Source: Dicyema japonicum
Lineage: Eukaryota; Animalia; Dicyemida
Reading direction: 5' to 3'
Assembly: GCA_011109175.1 (NCBI GenBank)
Contig: RDEW01000027.1
Span: 401,629 to 465,628 of the forward strand
Length of the DNA stretch: 64,000 nucleotides
This document shows, piece by piece, positions 1 through 11,723 of this stretch. The stretch's first letter is position 1; each line of letters opens with the position of its first letter. The notes under the pieces were generated by a model. The model was not told where the DNA came from. It was given only the letters and a program-made list of their open reading frames with translations, and ran no database searches. Position numbers and translations under genes: made by a program.

Positions 1-19
1 AAAAAACAATTATACATAA

Positions 20-1799
20 TTAAGTCGACTTCTTAAAATTATTACGCAAATTCCCAGGCTTAGAAATTCGACTTTGAAGCAAAGCCATCACTGTAAATGT
101 ATATCCCCGAAACAACTACAATAACTACAACACCCAAATACCTCGTCCCACACAACTTCAGCAACAAAGTCCAAATGTGAGCTAAACTCTGGATAGTACC
201 CGTCATTCTAGTGTACATCCAAAGCATAGACAAAACACGGACAGAAACGTACACAAATTCGAAATATTTACCAAAAACCAACTCCAATGATCCCTACAAA
301 GCCAGAGAACATGTATGAGAGGAAACTCAGTATGACAAACACGAGTGGGGTTTTGAATACGTTTATAAGACTCTTTGAATTATTTGACTTAGAGTAGTCC
401 TTATACATATCAGAGATGATATCCTCCAACTGGGATTTGAATTTGTCACTCAATTCCACAGTCCCCATTTTCTTTTTGAGGCAAACACGTTCACTGAATC
501 TTGTAGATTCTTCTCGTGGACCAACTTCAACTCGTACTCGTTTATATAAGGCTTGTCTCCGTCACATATCTGAAGTAAGTTATCAAAGTCATACTGTGTC
601 CATGGACACTTTGTACATGTCGATGGCAATGTGCATGGCGGACATGTTGTTAGCCTCAGCAGTGGCTTCGTGCATTGTAGTAGGTGGGGACATATCCTCC
701 GTTTCAAAAACTTTTAGGTAGACCTACACTTTGTATGCGTGGTACTTTGAAATACTGTAGCAACTCCCTTGATGTGATCTCCACTCCGTCGACCTGCTTT
801 GGCACCAGGTTTTGGCTGTCCAACAACTGAAAAGCCAAAATTGATAAAATCCTGATAAATTCAGGTTCAATGTCTAAAATAATTTGATATAAAAAATCGA
901 GAAATTAAAACACCAAATCAAGTGTCAAATGAACTACCTTTGATTCTGCCGTCAAAATGGAGGGAAGAAGCCACCTTAAAGGGTGGGGCATCAAAATACA
1001 CTCAATATTCTCAAAACACCCACGAATGAATTTTCTAACGTCCTGTAGCTCCTTGTGCTGTCGCTCAGTGATCTCAGAATAATCATAAATCATACACTCA
1101 GCCTTCTACTAAGAATCGTCGCCCCTCCCTCGTAGCCGTAGTCAGCTTCATACGGGTAGGCCCAGTCCCGAATGAGAAATATAAGAGACTGGAAGGGCTT
1201 GGCATCACTGATATCCATTGCCACTCGTCCATATTCAGTAAACAGTTGTAGGTGATGTAAATCATCTTCCTGGATGTTCTGGGAAAGATTAAAGATCTAA
1301 TCGTCAATTTGGAAGCAGACCATGACCGAGCTGATCATTGCACTGAGGGCAAACACTGTGGCGCAGTCTCTTACTGTCGAATTTGAGTCAAAGGCACCCT
1401 GCGTGTCCATAAGAAAGACAGCTACCTAAAAGTCACATTTTAGCAGACTTTGGTCCCCTCTGGATTGGTGATGATAAAAGGTTCACTCCACAACAGAATT
1501 CCGGTCGTGTCTCTCTCGCTACTTCTACGTCAGCTAAAACTGTTCATTAGCTTGTTTAGTTCCTTCAACCAGTCATCCTTTTCCTTAACGTAAAGATACA
1601 TTTTAACATTGTGGGAAAGAAAACGGAGAAAAAAATCGAGAAGAAATGATTTCCCTTTTCTAAATGCTCCAGCAACTGAGAGGATCATTATTTTCTTATC
1701 TTTAACTCGATTGTCAAGAAGAATGCTCTCAAGCAAGTGCTCATTTAGCTGAAATTTGTGATCCTCGGTCACGTTAATTTGTGCTGGGAAGCCCTTCAT
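20..1799 (-). pseudogene. ATL: Atlastin (GB1/RHD3-family ER-fusion GTPase), disrupted as sequenced: pseudogene or assembly errors
   Basis: Manual splicing gives the atlastin motifs [73 protein letters not shown], a two-helix membrane hairpin and a C-terminal tail. There are about 8 introns (22-26 nt, one 64 nt at 874-937). An in-frame TGA at 1530-1532 and frameshifts near 981, 470, 284 and 174 break the frame. Confidence 0.9.
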
Positions 1800-3539
1800 T
1801 TTTCTAAATTTATAATCCAACAAATATCACACTAAAGAAGTATAACGAGTTTAAATTATTTTGACTATTTTTTGTATATAAATTTTATTTATAAATACAA
1901 TTTATTAATAGTTCAATTTATAAAATGTGATCGATAAGAAACAAAGCGAACAATACTCATTTTAATTTATCAAACATTGCTGGTGATATTTCCCATGAGA
2001 GATTATTTTCTGGAGCAGTTCAAAATGGAAATTGGGCTGATTCCCGATAGGTACTGATCGAAGGCTTCTTTTCTCTGTTCACTGCTCGGAATTAACATGG
2101 CTTTATGGGGTGCCTCCCAATACTATGATGACTTATGTGGTTTATTTGGGTGGGTTACGACCGTAGAAACTGAAAGCACTTAGATGACCTCGGTGTCCCC
2201 GGGGTTGACGAAATTACAGTTATGTCATTTAGCTTTCGTAATAATTGACAATTTACGTGCTTCAATCTATGCACGTGATGCGCATAAACTACTAACTCTT
2301 TAAGCGTTATACTCTCAAAATTGAGATTAAATTTCCATTAATTGGTTTTTTAAGTATTTTCTATTACACTATGGCTATAAGTGTTTTTTTAATTTCTCAT
2401 GTTTCTTGTGGATAAATAATGAGTCCTATTAATCTCTCACAATCTAAAAAGCCCATATTTTTGACTAATTTGTGAGTAATTTAAAAAAGCTTTGTGAGGA
2501 TTTTTCTAAAGGAAATCGAGGGCGCTAATTGAAGTATAAGATAAGTGGGGTTAACAATGATACAGCTCTATCAAAACTTCCTTAATGAGGAAGCTGAAAA
2601 AATATTCAACCTTAGGAGATCGATTAACGCTGTAGTTTTTTTAAAACCTTTGAATGGTTTGGTAGTACATAAAACAGCCGTTGCCGAGATCCAAAGTGCA
2701 ATCACGGCACGACTCGGAGACCTTTAAGAGCAGTGCTGGTTTTTCCTCTTCATTGATGAGAATACAAATAGAAGGCGGGATCACCTGTCTTGCTCTCAAT
2801 AATCGGTTGTGATTTTCGGTGTTTTTTAATAAAGCGTTATTGGTTTTAAAAATAAATTTTGACAAAAAACTGATTTCTAATTTTTGTGCTCTGGTTAAGT
2901 AGAGTAAAGATCAAAATTGTAAATGTAACAATGTTTTGACATTTGGCTTATGGTTGGAAAGTGAAGATTTTCTTTATTAAGAATTTTCAAGACCAACAAG
3001 AAAGTGTATAACCCAATTAATTAAATGATTCAAACTTGTAGTAATTCCCGACGTTCTCGGAGTGGTTTTTAAGCTTATGGAAGCGTCTCCTCAAATTTCT
3101 CCAGAACTTGATCGGACTGTTCTTCTTCAGAAAAGAATAAGATTCCTTTTGTATGGATAACCCTTTCCCCTAATGGGTTTCCTAGTTCTTTCTGGTTGAC
3201 TTTTCTGAAAGGAGACTATCAATTGCTTTTTTGTAAAAATTTAATTTTCATTATTAATCAGTGGGTAGAAAGATTTTCCTGATAGGAATCGGGAATCCAT
3301 CTGAGAATTAAACTTCCTTTCTGGAGAACGTGGAGGAGTACTCAATAGTACAAAATCAAGATCCCGTCTATTGACAGGTAGAGTACCACACACAGGGTTC
3401 CTTACTGTTATCAGCATTATTTAACTTATTTTCTCACGATATCCAGAAAAATCCTAATATATTCCTCGTGACATATAAAAATGACATCGTTACCCCCACA
3501 AAGATATATCTTCCTCCTTGACCATACCGTAACCGTACC

Positions 3540-6190
3540 GTAAACACTTAATTCAAAGGAATTAAGGAGTTAGTTTAAAAGCTTGTTTACGAGTCCGCCT
3601 ATGCGGCCTGGACTCTTCCGATGCACCCCATCTCCATTTTTCATCTCGTCATAGCGTCGGATCCCATCCTCTTCTCCACAATATATTGACCGGTGCAAGA
3701 AACTTGTCTTCTTCCGTACTGAGGACATCAAATAGCTTTTTCCCCAAGGCCAACTTTATTGATGACCTCGTTTTTTTTATAAGTAACATAATTCTATCTC
3801 TTTGGCAAGAGAAAAACCATGGTTCGCATCCATACAATAACTCTGGCAGAATGATTATCATGAAGATAAACAAGAAGGTCTCTAAGCTTACGAACAACTT
3901 GCTTGTACAGAAAAGCGCTTCTTCCTTCTTCGTCTGATATACTCCATGAAGGAACCTTCCCCATCGATAACTATCCCGAGGTAGTGGAGTGAATTTCCTT
4001 TTGGAATACCAAGTGAGTAGGGTTGAGTACGATGCCTCCGTAGGAGACTGACTCTCAAGTAGCTGGACTTCTCAGTGGATAGTTTCATCCTTCTCTTGGT
4101 GCACCAGTCCTGCACTTGTACAATGAATGACTTGATTCTTCTTTCCGATAGAGTCGATTTCCCATACGTATCCGTAATCAGAATATCATCAGCGTATATC
4201 AATAACTTTGAGGGTCTCCTCCTTGCGTAAAGTAGTAAGTATCTCTCCATCACAATTGACAGGTCTTTGTCTATGTTGTCAATATCACTTCGGGAATAAG
4301 GTCCCTCCTTTCAGTTTTTGAGGTTTCTAGATATGTATCTTCTATAGTGTTCCCAATTTAGTCTTGATAGGTCGTATCCTGTAAATACTGACTCCGTGGT
4401 GTCCGGAGCCAGGTTCAGTGACATCTCTTGGGGGTGTGGTCGCTCCCGATGTCCACATGATCATCGGTCTCTCCACATAAGTGTAGAGCAGTAGTGACAC
4501 CAGGAACACCCCAAGCATGTCTCCACCGTGGTGCGTGTAGTGATTCGTCTTCTCCGACGTCAAAATCTCGAAGCCAGTCTTATCAATCAATTTTCTTAGC
4601 CTGATTCCATCCTCGTTGGTTCCGAGGCACTCATATTCAATGTTCTTAGCATTTAGATTTCCCAGTAGAACCAACATATCATTTCTTGTGAAGAATTCTT
4701 AAATTTCTGTGAGCACTTTCTGAGGTCCTTTGAATACATTCCTCCAACGTGTATCCAACGGCCACAGCATCTCACCTCGACGGAAACAAATTCACAATGT
4801 GTATTCATAATAACTTTTGGCACACGTATCTGTAGAACATCATTGTAGAACAATGTGGTTCCAGTACCAGCTTCTGCTCCTTCGACCCATGGTATTTCTA
4901 TAGAATTGTATCCCTGTAGCATTGTAGTGTTGGTCTTTTTCACCTTGGTCTCGTTGACCACCAGGATGTCAATCTTGGTGGACGACAGAGTAGTGCCAAA
5001 TCATGACGCCTCTTCTTCAGGGATCGGGCGTTCACCAAGCTATCTTCAGGTTTCTTTCAATTTTCTTTTTGGTGGCCCGGGCTCTCTATGGCCAGGTCCA
5101 CCATTCTTCGTAAATTCCACCCTGATATGCTGCTTAGTTCCTTCGTCTTGACATTATTTCCTCCAGTTCTTTTGCAATTCTCCCTGGTAACTTTTCCCTG
5201 GGTAGCCAGGCCGACTCTCGTGGAAGAGGAGCTGGTTCGTTCTTGTTAGTTCTTGGGCCAATTATTCTTTTTGCTGGTGGTTCCACTTTGTTGGTTATAA
5301 CATTCATCTGTTTTGGTTCCGTATCGTTGGTTCGGGGATTTAGCTTTCGCCTGGCCTCCACGAGCACAGGGCATCCTCATATCTTGTACCGTGTTTTGTC
5401 GATCCGAGTTAACACACTTAGGTTCAAGACCGGATCCGCATTACACCTGGAGGTGTCATGCTCTCCCGCGCAACGAAAGCATTTCTTCTTTCCCGTGCAC
5501 TGGTATGCAAAGTGACCGACCTGCTGACAGTTGTAGCAGATAGGCGGTCCTCTTCTCATCCACTCAAGAGATCATGCTTGTTCCGATGTAGAAGCCGCAG
5601 CGTATTAATGATGTGGCCTCCGATTTACTATTGATCGAGGCCTTCGCCATTGGCAGGGCCTGCGATCCTCTTGTTATTCTTCGTGACTGAAGGAGCCATC
5701 TCCTGAAGGTATTCCAAGAGGTCGTCCTCCTTCACCCAGAAGGGAAGATTCCTGAGAACAATCTCAGACGGTTTTGTCGAGATTGTCATAACAAAAAGGA
5801 CAGGTCTCATTCACAGCCTCATATAGGTGGCCATGTGGGAGTTGTCCTGGAAATCCAGTCGGAAGGACCCCGATCCTCTATGGCTCATCCTCATAGTATT
5901 GTAAAACGTTTGCAATCTTTATCGCACTCATATTAGAATCGACTGTGATCAATAGAGTCTTGTTGTCTATAAGATCAGCTTTCTTTGGTTCGTCCGTAGG
6001 TTTGCATACTTCCGTGGGGTCGGTTTCGTAGGATCAGCATGTTCTGCCTTATGAAACGTCTTGTTTTCCAAAGAGAATGACTCAGCCGTAGCACTTCCCG
6101 GAGGACGAGAAGAACTGCTGGTTTTCATTGTTGTGGCTTTCGCGGTCAGTCTTTTTCCTTTAGCAATAACCATTATTCATGATATGAAAA
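3540..6190 (-). mobile_element. Near full-length decayed Jockey/I-like LINE (ORF1 with zinc knuckles, APE endonuclease, internally deleted RT)
   Basis: ORF1 fragments with CYNCQQVGHFAYQC and CFRCAGEHDTSRC (5377-5559). APE motifs LQETK-like and LGNLNAK (4342-4961). RT C-terminal half LLIYADDIL...LHYLGIVID (3888-4253). 3' UTR hairpin at 3592-3614. Confidence 0.85.
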
Positions 6191-6199
6191 TGAATTAAA

Positions 6200-6560
6200 A
6201 CAAGTTATGGAATAGGTAACTACCAGTCCGCCGGTTGGCCTGGACTGTTCCTCCGGGTACCCCTTATCCTTGCTATCCATCCAATTACTAATTTATCTCC
6301 AGAACGTTGTAGGTACAAAGCCAGTACGCCCATATCCATTTAGTTCTCCCTTTGTAGGTCCTTTCCCCACTATGTTATTCCACGGTGGTCCCAAACCGTC
6401 TGCAGGGACCGATGATGTGGTTAACAAAGTCCCATGTAGATCTCGATTCGACTTTAGGGAACAATTGGTGTGTGGTACCCCCCTGTAAGTCCCAACTCCA
6501 GTAGTATTCATGCTTGAAATAATTTGTTATAAAATATATAAACTCATCGTGGGCTCTTAA
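6200..6560 (-). mobile_element. 3' end of a LINE sharing the 3' UTR hairpin, lying directly upstream of the previous element
   Basis: Degenerate C-terminal ORF2-like text (WDLQGGTTHQLFPKVESR) followed by the AGTCC...GGACT hairpin at 6225-6246. Confidence 0.6.
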
Positions 6561-6689
6561 CAACACAATTCGATAATTAATCAATTAATGGCCCTTTCAT
6601 TTACAGTTATTGTCGGAAGCACGATACACACATTATCCACTTCAGAAAAACGATTGTCTTAAAATAAGTAAAATTTTTTAAGACTGAGA

Positions 6690-7200
6690 TGGGGGAAGTC
6701 CAGGTCTAGCAAAGAGAACTCCAAATTGCTCCCATCCAGAAATGGATGAGGTCACCATCGTAGGCAGGAAAATCCCATTCTGCTGGTCTTTAGGATTAAC
6801 GAATTTGATAAACTAATCCGATAAGGTTCACACCAAAATTGAGCTCCAGTAGAATTAACCATATTTTCAAAGCTTTTGGGCAGGATTTCCCCGCAAGAAG
6901 ACTTCCTCAATAGTGTCGTAGAACGTTAGAGATCTTGGTCAAGTTCGCTGCGGCAAAATTTGTCCCCAAAGCGGCACATGTATAACCAATTGGAGGTTAA
7001 TGTACTGCCTTTAGAAGGTATCAAATCCATTTAGGCCTTTGGAGTCTCTAAGTTTTTCCAGAAAAGCCTTCATAAAGTTATCTTCCTCGTATAAGCGTTA
7101 TTACCCTTTCAATATGGGTCGAAAAAGTTAAGAAGGTGTTGAAGGTAACTTCGAGGATCATCTGGACTTTGTTTTATTAAATATTTTTCTCGTTTAACAT
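6690..7200 (-). mobile_element. Degenerate LINE fragment (post-RT region)
   Basis: Broken frames resemble LGVTFD..LTF..HI followed by a Y..A.W.P-type motif. Confidence 0.45.
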
Positions 7201-7389
7201 GAATTAATAGTTTCCCCAGTCTTCTGCTTGACGTGAAAGGGTCAAAACTGAGTTCTCAGGACTTCCATAAAGCCACAAACTCAGATTATTCAAGCTGTCC
7301 GGTAAGCTTCGCGTCAATGATACTCAACTCAACTATATCAGTACTTTGTAGTCACTTTGTAGAATTGGTAAGTTATAAGATTGAATAAG

Positions 7390-8640
7390 AGGGGAAATAA
7401 TGGAGAACTCCGAGGAGCGCTATTTGGTAATAGTCTCGACTCAGAACATCGATTATCCTGGCGTACTCGCTCCCGGAGACCGCTCAAGAAATTCCCAAAC
7501 CATAACTTCAGATTTGCGTCAATGTTCGACGAATAAATTTTGTGGGTGATGGGTTACGTTCCTAGACGTTAGAAAGAGGTGGAACTGGTTTTTGTAAGGA
7601 AACCAGGAAAACCTAGTAGCTATCGCCTTATTAGCCAATTTCCTGCGTCGCTAAAAGTTTAGAAAGAGTAATACACCAGAGGTTAGCCCAGGAATGCATA
7701 ACAAAAGACATCAGACCGACAAGTAGGATTCCCTGAGGGGCGATCATGTGGTGATTGCCTTTGTAGTTGACCTCTCAGATCCCCAATTAGAGAAAGATGA
7801 ATAAGTGCACAGTTGCACTGTTTCTTGATTTGGAAAGGGAGTTCGACTCGGTCTAGCACGACAGCCTCTGATGCGCCCTTGTCGAGGCAGGAATTCTCCT
7901 GGAGGTGAGAAGTTAGATCTCCAGCTTCTTGGAAGACCGGATGAACTACGTGAGGTATAAAGGTTGGCGATCTAGTTTGTTTAGATCTAACAGGGGAGTT
8001 TCATTAGGGTCGGTGATGGTTTCATTAGCCCCGCCCTTTTTAATATATACGTCAACGTTTCCTTACCCAGGCAATGTGAGAACGGAAATGGCTGTCTACG
8101 CCGATGACATAGTACTCTGGGGTCAATCATGAAGACCAGATGTGGCGTGTCGGAAGATGTAAGGTGCTGTTGATGAAATCATACGCTGGTTTAATAGCAG
8201 AGGATTCAGGATCAAATCTGAAAAGTGAAGGTTATTAGTTTTTGTCGCCCTAAGCGGTCTACTAAAATATAATACCTCTATGGATTCATATAGGTACTTT
8301 GGAGTGACTCTCAACTCCAAGTGTAGCTTCCAGGAGCACACTCCCGACGTTAAGAGGTGAATTTTGCAAAGATTGGGTGCGATGAGGGCTTTTCAGCTGA
8401 GCCTCGATGCCTGGGCAAAAGTGTTCAACTCCATGGTGTTGCCTACGCTCACCTACGTCGCACTCCTGGTATTACAGGGAGGAACGAGAAAAGTGCCTCA
8501 AATATCTGAGGAAGGTCCGGCGGCGCGCAATAAGGATTCTTAGGATAGAGCGCCATCACTGGATAGAGGATACAGAGATTTTAAGGGTACAGAGGAGGTA
8601 ATAGAGAAGATCTCCGTAAGCGATAGGACATGGCAAGGGG
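7390..8640 (+). mobile_element. Degenerate Jockey-like LINE reverse transcriptase
   Basis: KPGKPSSYRLIS, FLDLEREFDSV, RGVSLGSV..P and AVYADDIVL motifs, with many stops and frameshifts. Confidence 0.8.
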
Positions 8641-8929
8641 AAGATGAGAGAGGCGAAAAGGACAAAAAGTTATCTTGCCTAACTATTATTTTTTTGTTTA
8701 ATAAAGAGTTAAATGGTCCTCCTCAAAACAGAGTAAATGCCTTTTGGTCGATTGAACAGACAATCGACTTTTCCTGTCCTTTGTTTAGGCCCTCTGCTGT
8801 GAAGTCTTTTAATGTATTCAGGTGTGAGACAGTCGATCGCCCCTCTTTGAAGCCATGTTGAACCTAGGTCTGTAGGAGCCGGGGTCCTCCGTTAGTTCCC
8901 CGGCTTCAGGATTGGATGATTAACATATA

Positions 8930-9560
8930 GTTTGCATATAGCGGAGATTGAGTTGAAATTGATTGAATGGTTGAGAATGGTCGTTAGTGCAAAACAACTA
9001 CAGTTCCCAATTTTTTCAACAGGATCGCTGGGGTCCAGTCTGTCCCACATGAATGCGTGTTGTTTTAACGAGAAATCTCCGATGCTACATTTCTCGGTTG
9101 TAAATACAAGATGGATGCCCTCTTTTTGGTTCCAATTTAGTGTTCGATGGAATGTCTTGTAGGGTTTGTGACTTATTCTCACACAATGCTTCGTGAACTT
9201 GTTTAGACCCATCTGGTAATCAGGTCTTAGATTAATGTCCGAGATACTGTTGAATTTTAACTCACATGAGAAAAAATTCCTCACTAAAGGCCTGAAAAAG
9301 TTGAATGTTATACGCGCGCTTGTCCGGAGGACTCGTTTGAATTTGGATGCTTCTGTTGAAAAACTCTACCGGCAAACTATCGCGCCGGCTGTGGAGTATG
9401 CCTCTGTTGCATGGAAATTCGCGCTATCAGAGACTACGCTCCACAGAATCAATTCAATATACCGGAAAACTATATTTATGATGGGCCATTATTCTGGATC
9501 AATGGTTAATCCCCTACTCACGGAAGCTGCGACCCGTAGTCGCTGAACAGATTCCTTAGA
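8930..9560 (+). mobile_element. LINE ORF2 C-terminal fragment
   Basis: ORF 9235-9546 LYRQTIAPAVEYASVAW matches the post-RT LYK..IRP.LEYAS..W motif. Confidence 0.65.
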
Positions 9561-10726
9561 GTTGTAAGGAGCGAACATGTATAGTTTTGAATGGATCAGC
9601 TTTTGTTCTAAAATTAATCAAAGTCGGAAGAGCATATTCATAATGTTCAGCACAATACTCCAAGGCGAGGACAATCTCAGCAGTTGAAAGAGATCTCCCA
9701 CAACGTGTTGGTCCATTAGATGTTACTCCACCCGTTCAACATCATAGACACTGTCTTGTCCTGGAGTCTTTGCCGACAGTCTTCATGTATTTGGTCGTAC
9801 ACACGATCGAGCAATGGACCACCAATTTGATGACGAGAGGGTAAACGATACCCAGGAAAAAGCACTTGGACGAATTTGACAAATTCTGGATTTTCTACGG
9901 CAGCAGAAGGAGTGTTAATGAAATATATGTATCTAGCGAGTTGCATGCAAATCAAATTTTTCTTCGATGACGTCATCATAGTAACGAAATTGATTAAAGA
10001 CTGGTCCTCATCCTTGGGAGGAATTCGCTAATCAAATCACTTTCAGGTTTCGACGGATTTTCAGGGAATCAATATTAGTTCAACATAACAAATGATGCTG
10101 CTCATCCGAGATCTTGTACCTCTTTCTCGCGATTACGGCATCTGGCTCGACTCCCGGTCTTTCCAGGAATAATACGTTTATCAAAGTGAGCCCACAAGGC
10201 ATCACAATTTCTTTCAGACATTAAAAAAATTTAAATGATTTTTTTGATTTTTTTAATGATTTAAATCATTGATTTTTGTTGTTGATTAAAATCAAATGAT
10301 TTAAATCAACAACCCAGATACATACGCAGGACCCTCTTTGACCTACAAAGAGCCTTGTCGAAGATCACCCCCCCTCAAGAAGACTCAACTTGGACCCGCC
10401 GAATCCATGATTTTATCTCAACACGGGCCATTAGGACACTTCAATATAACAAAGTCTTGGAGCGCTTCCCCCGGATATCAGTCCAACGGAACAATCGCTC
10501 CCGAGGAAGATCAGAATCGGACTGGCTCGCCTACGGTGTGGACACCACCCTTTTCTGGCTGGCAGAGTAGTTCGAGACCTTTTTCCCTGCCTGGACCACC
10601 GGATGCAAAAGTCGAGGATCTCTGGGAGCGGCCTGTCCGGACTGCACGCTCTTTGATGGTCGCCGGCTTCCCACTTGCTGGCGAAGCCGGGGTTAATAAT
10701 TTAATTTAATTTAATCAACAACCCTG
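9560..10726 (-). mobile_element. hAT DNA transposon left-end remnant, interrupted by a LINE insertion
   Basis: ORF 9716-9979 (VENPEFVKFVQVLFPGYRLPSRHQI...LLD...M.NGWSNI) is a hAT transposase N-terminal part. Subterminal GATTTAAATC repeats at 10230-10310. The reconstructed terminus reads CAGGGTTGTTGATTTAAATC. Confidence 0.75.
10316..10712 (+). mobile_element. 5'-truncated I-clade-like LINE 3' end with a 12-bp target-site duplication
   Basis: Encodes LPRKIRIGLARLRCGHHPFL and ends GCCGGGGTTAATAATTTAATTT. Flanked by AATCAACAACCC at 10304-10315 and 10713-10724. Related 3' ends at about 19080-19330 (-) and 38200-38340 (+). Confidence 0.8.
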
Positions 10727-10739
10727 ATTGGTAGGAAGT

Positions 10740-11640
10740 TCCCTTCCCCATCGGATTCCTCTGCAGGGATAAGACAAGGTTCTTTCGCACAGTATTGGAA
10801 CAATGGGAAACCGCAGACGTCGGATGGCTCATTTGTTTGCGTAAACTGGGATTACCTAACTGTCTGACGTTTTTTCTGTCTTTCTTTCTCGGTGATCCCG
10901 GCGTTCTAAATAAATAAATCCATCAAGGTCTCCCTCATTAATACTGCCATTGTTATCAATTTTCTGTAACATCTTTTAAATCTTGGAAAGTAAACCATTG
11001 TTGTTCATGGCAGTGGCCTAGTTTCCTTCTTTTTAAACGTTTTGTACTTTCAGAGATCTCCTTGTTCAATGCTTGGATCTTGTTAATAGCGTTTCTCGTA
11101 CGTTTAAGGCAATTCCTTTCCTTTATTTGCTTGAAAGTTTTAAACATCGTAATTCCTCTTCAAGAGTCTTAGGATTCCTTTATCGACAAATAAATTCTCC
11201 CTCGAAAACCACTCTATTTAAGTGATAACCCTATCTAGGGAGTTGAAAGTATAAGGGTGGAAGTTAAATAAGGACAAATCAACATATTTTTAAATCCTGT
11301 CCAGTTATCATTAATATAGTCATAAATTATGACATATGTTTTGCCCGAGTCGATGGAGAGGAATTGATCTTAATCACAAGGGGGTTATGGTCGCTGCGTA
11401 AGTCATAATTTACCGAACAGCAAATAAGAGGTGCAAGCCATGGTGAACAAATAGTAATATCCGGCGATCTTACAGAACCTTTATCATTGAAGAGAAATAG
11501 TTTATTACTCTTAGGGTCGTTCACAACAGACAAATTTGAGAAATAATTAGATTCCCCTTGTGTCTGGAAATTGTTTCCCATACCACGAAGGGTGTTGGAC
11601 ACAACAAGTTTTCCACATTATCGAGGCCAGACAAATCTAC
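10740..11640 (-). mobile_element. LINE APE endonuclease end plus linker fragment
   Basis: ORF 11327-11602 RSPDITICSPWL...DLRSDHNPL is the APE C-terminal SDH motif. ORF 10956-11147 resembles the endonuclease-RT linker. Confidence 0.7.
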
Positions 11641-11723
11641 GGAAAATCCTTTGGCAAAGGAGACTGAGGGGAAAAAAGTTAAATTAATGTTTTATATACA
11701 ATAAAAAGACAAAAACTGTATTA

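Noticed and set aside
1530-1532. UGA-to-Trp genetic code reassignment suggested by TGA at a conserved atlastin Trp
   Set aside because: All other conserved Trp codons checked are TGG, TGA ends CWF19L1 at its homologous C-terminus, and neighbouring codons show the same G-to-A pattern.
1960-2880. Possible gene upstream of atlastin (ORFs 2545-2727 and 2641-2865) or a snoRNA-like ATGATGA box near 2125
   Set aside because: No consistent spliced frame, recognisable motif or C/D box pairing could be built.
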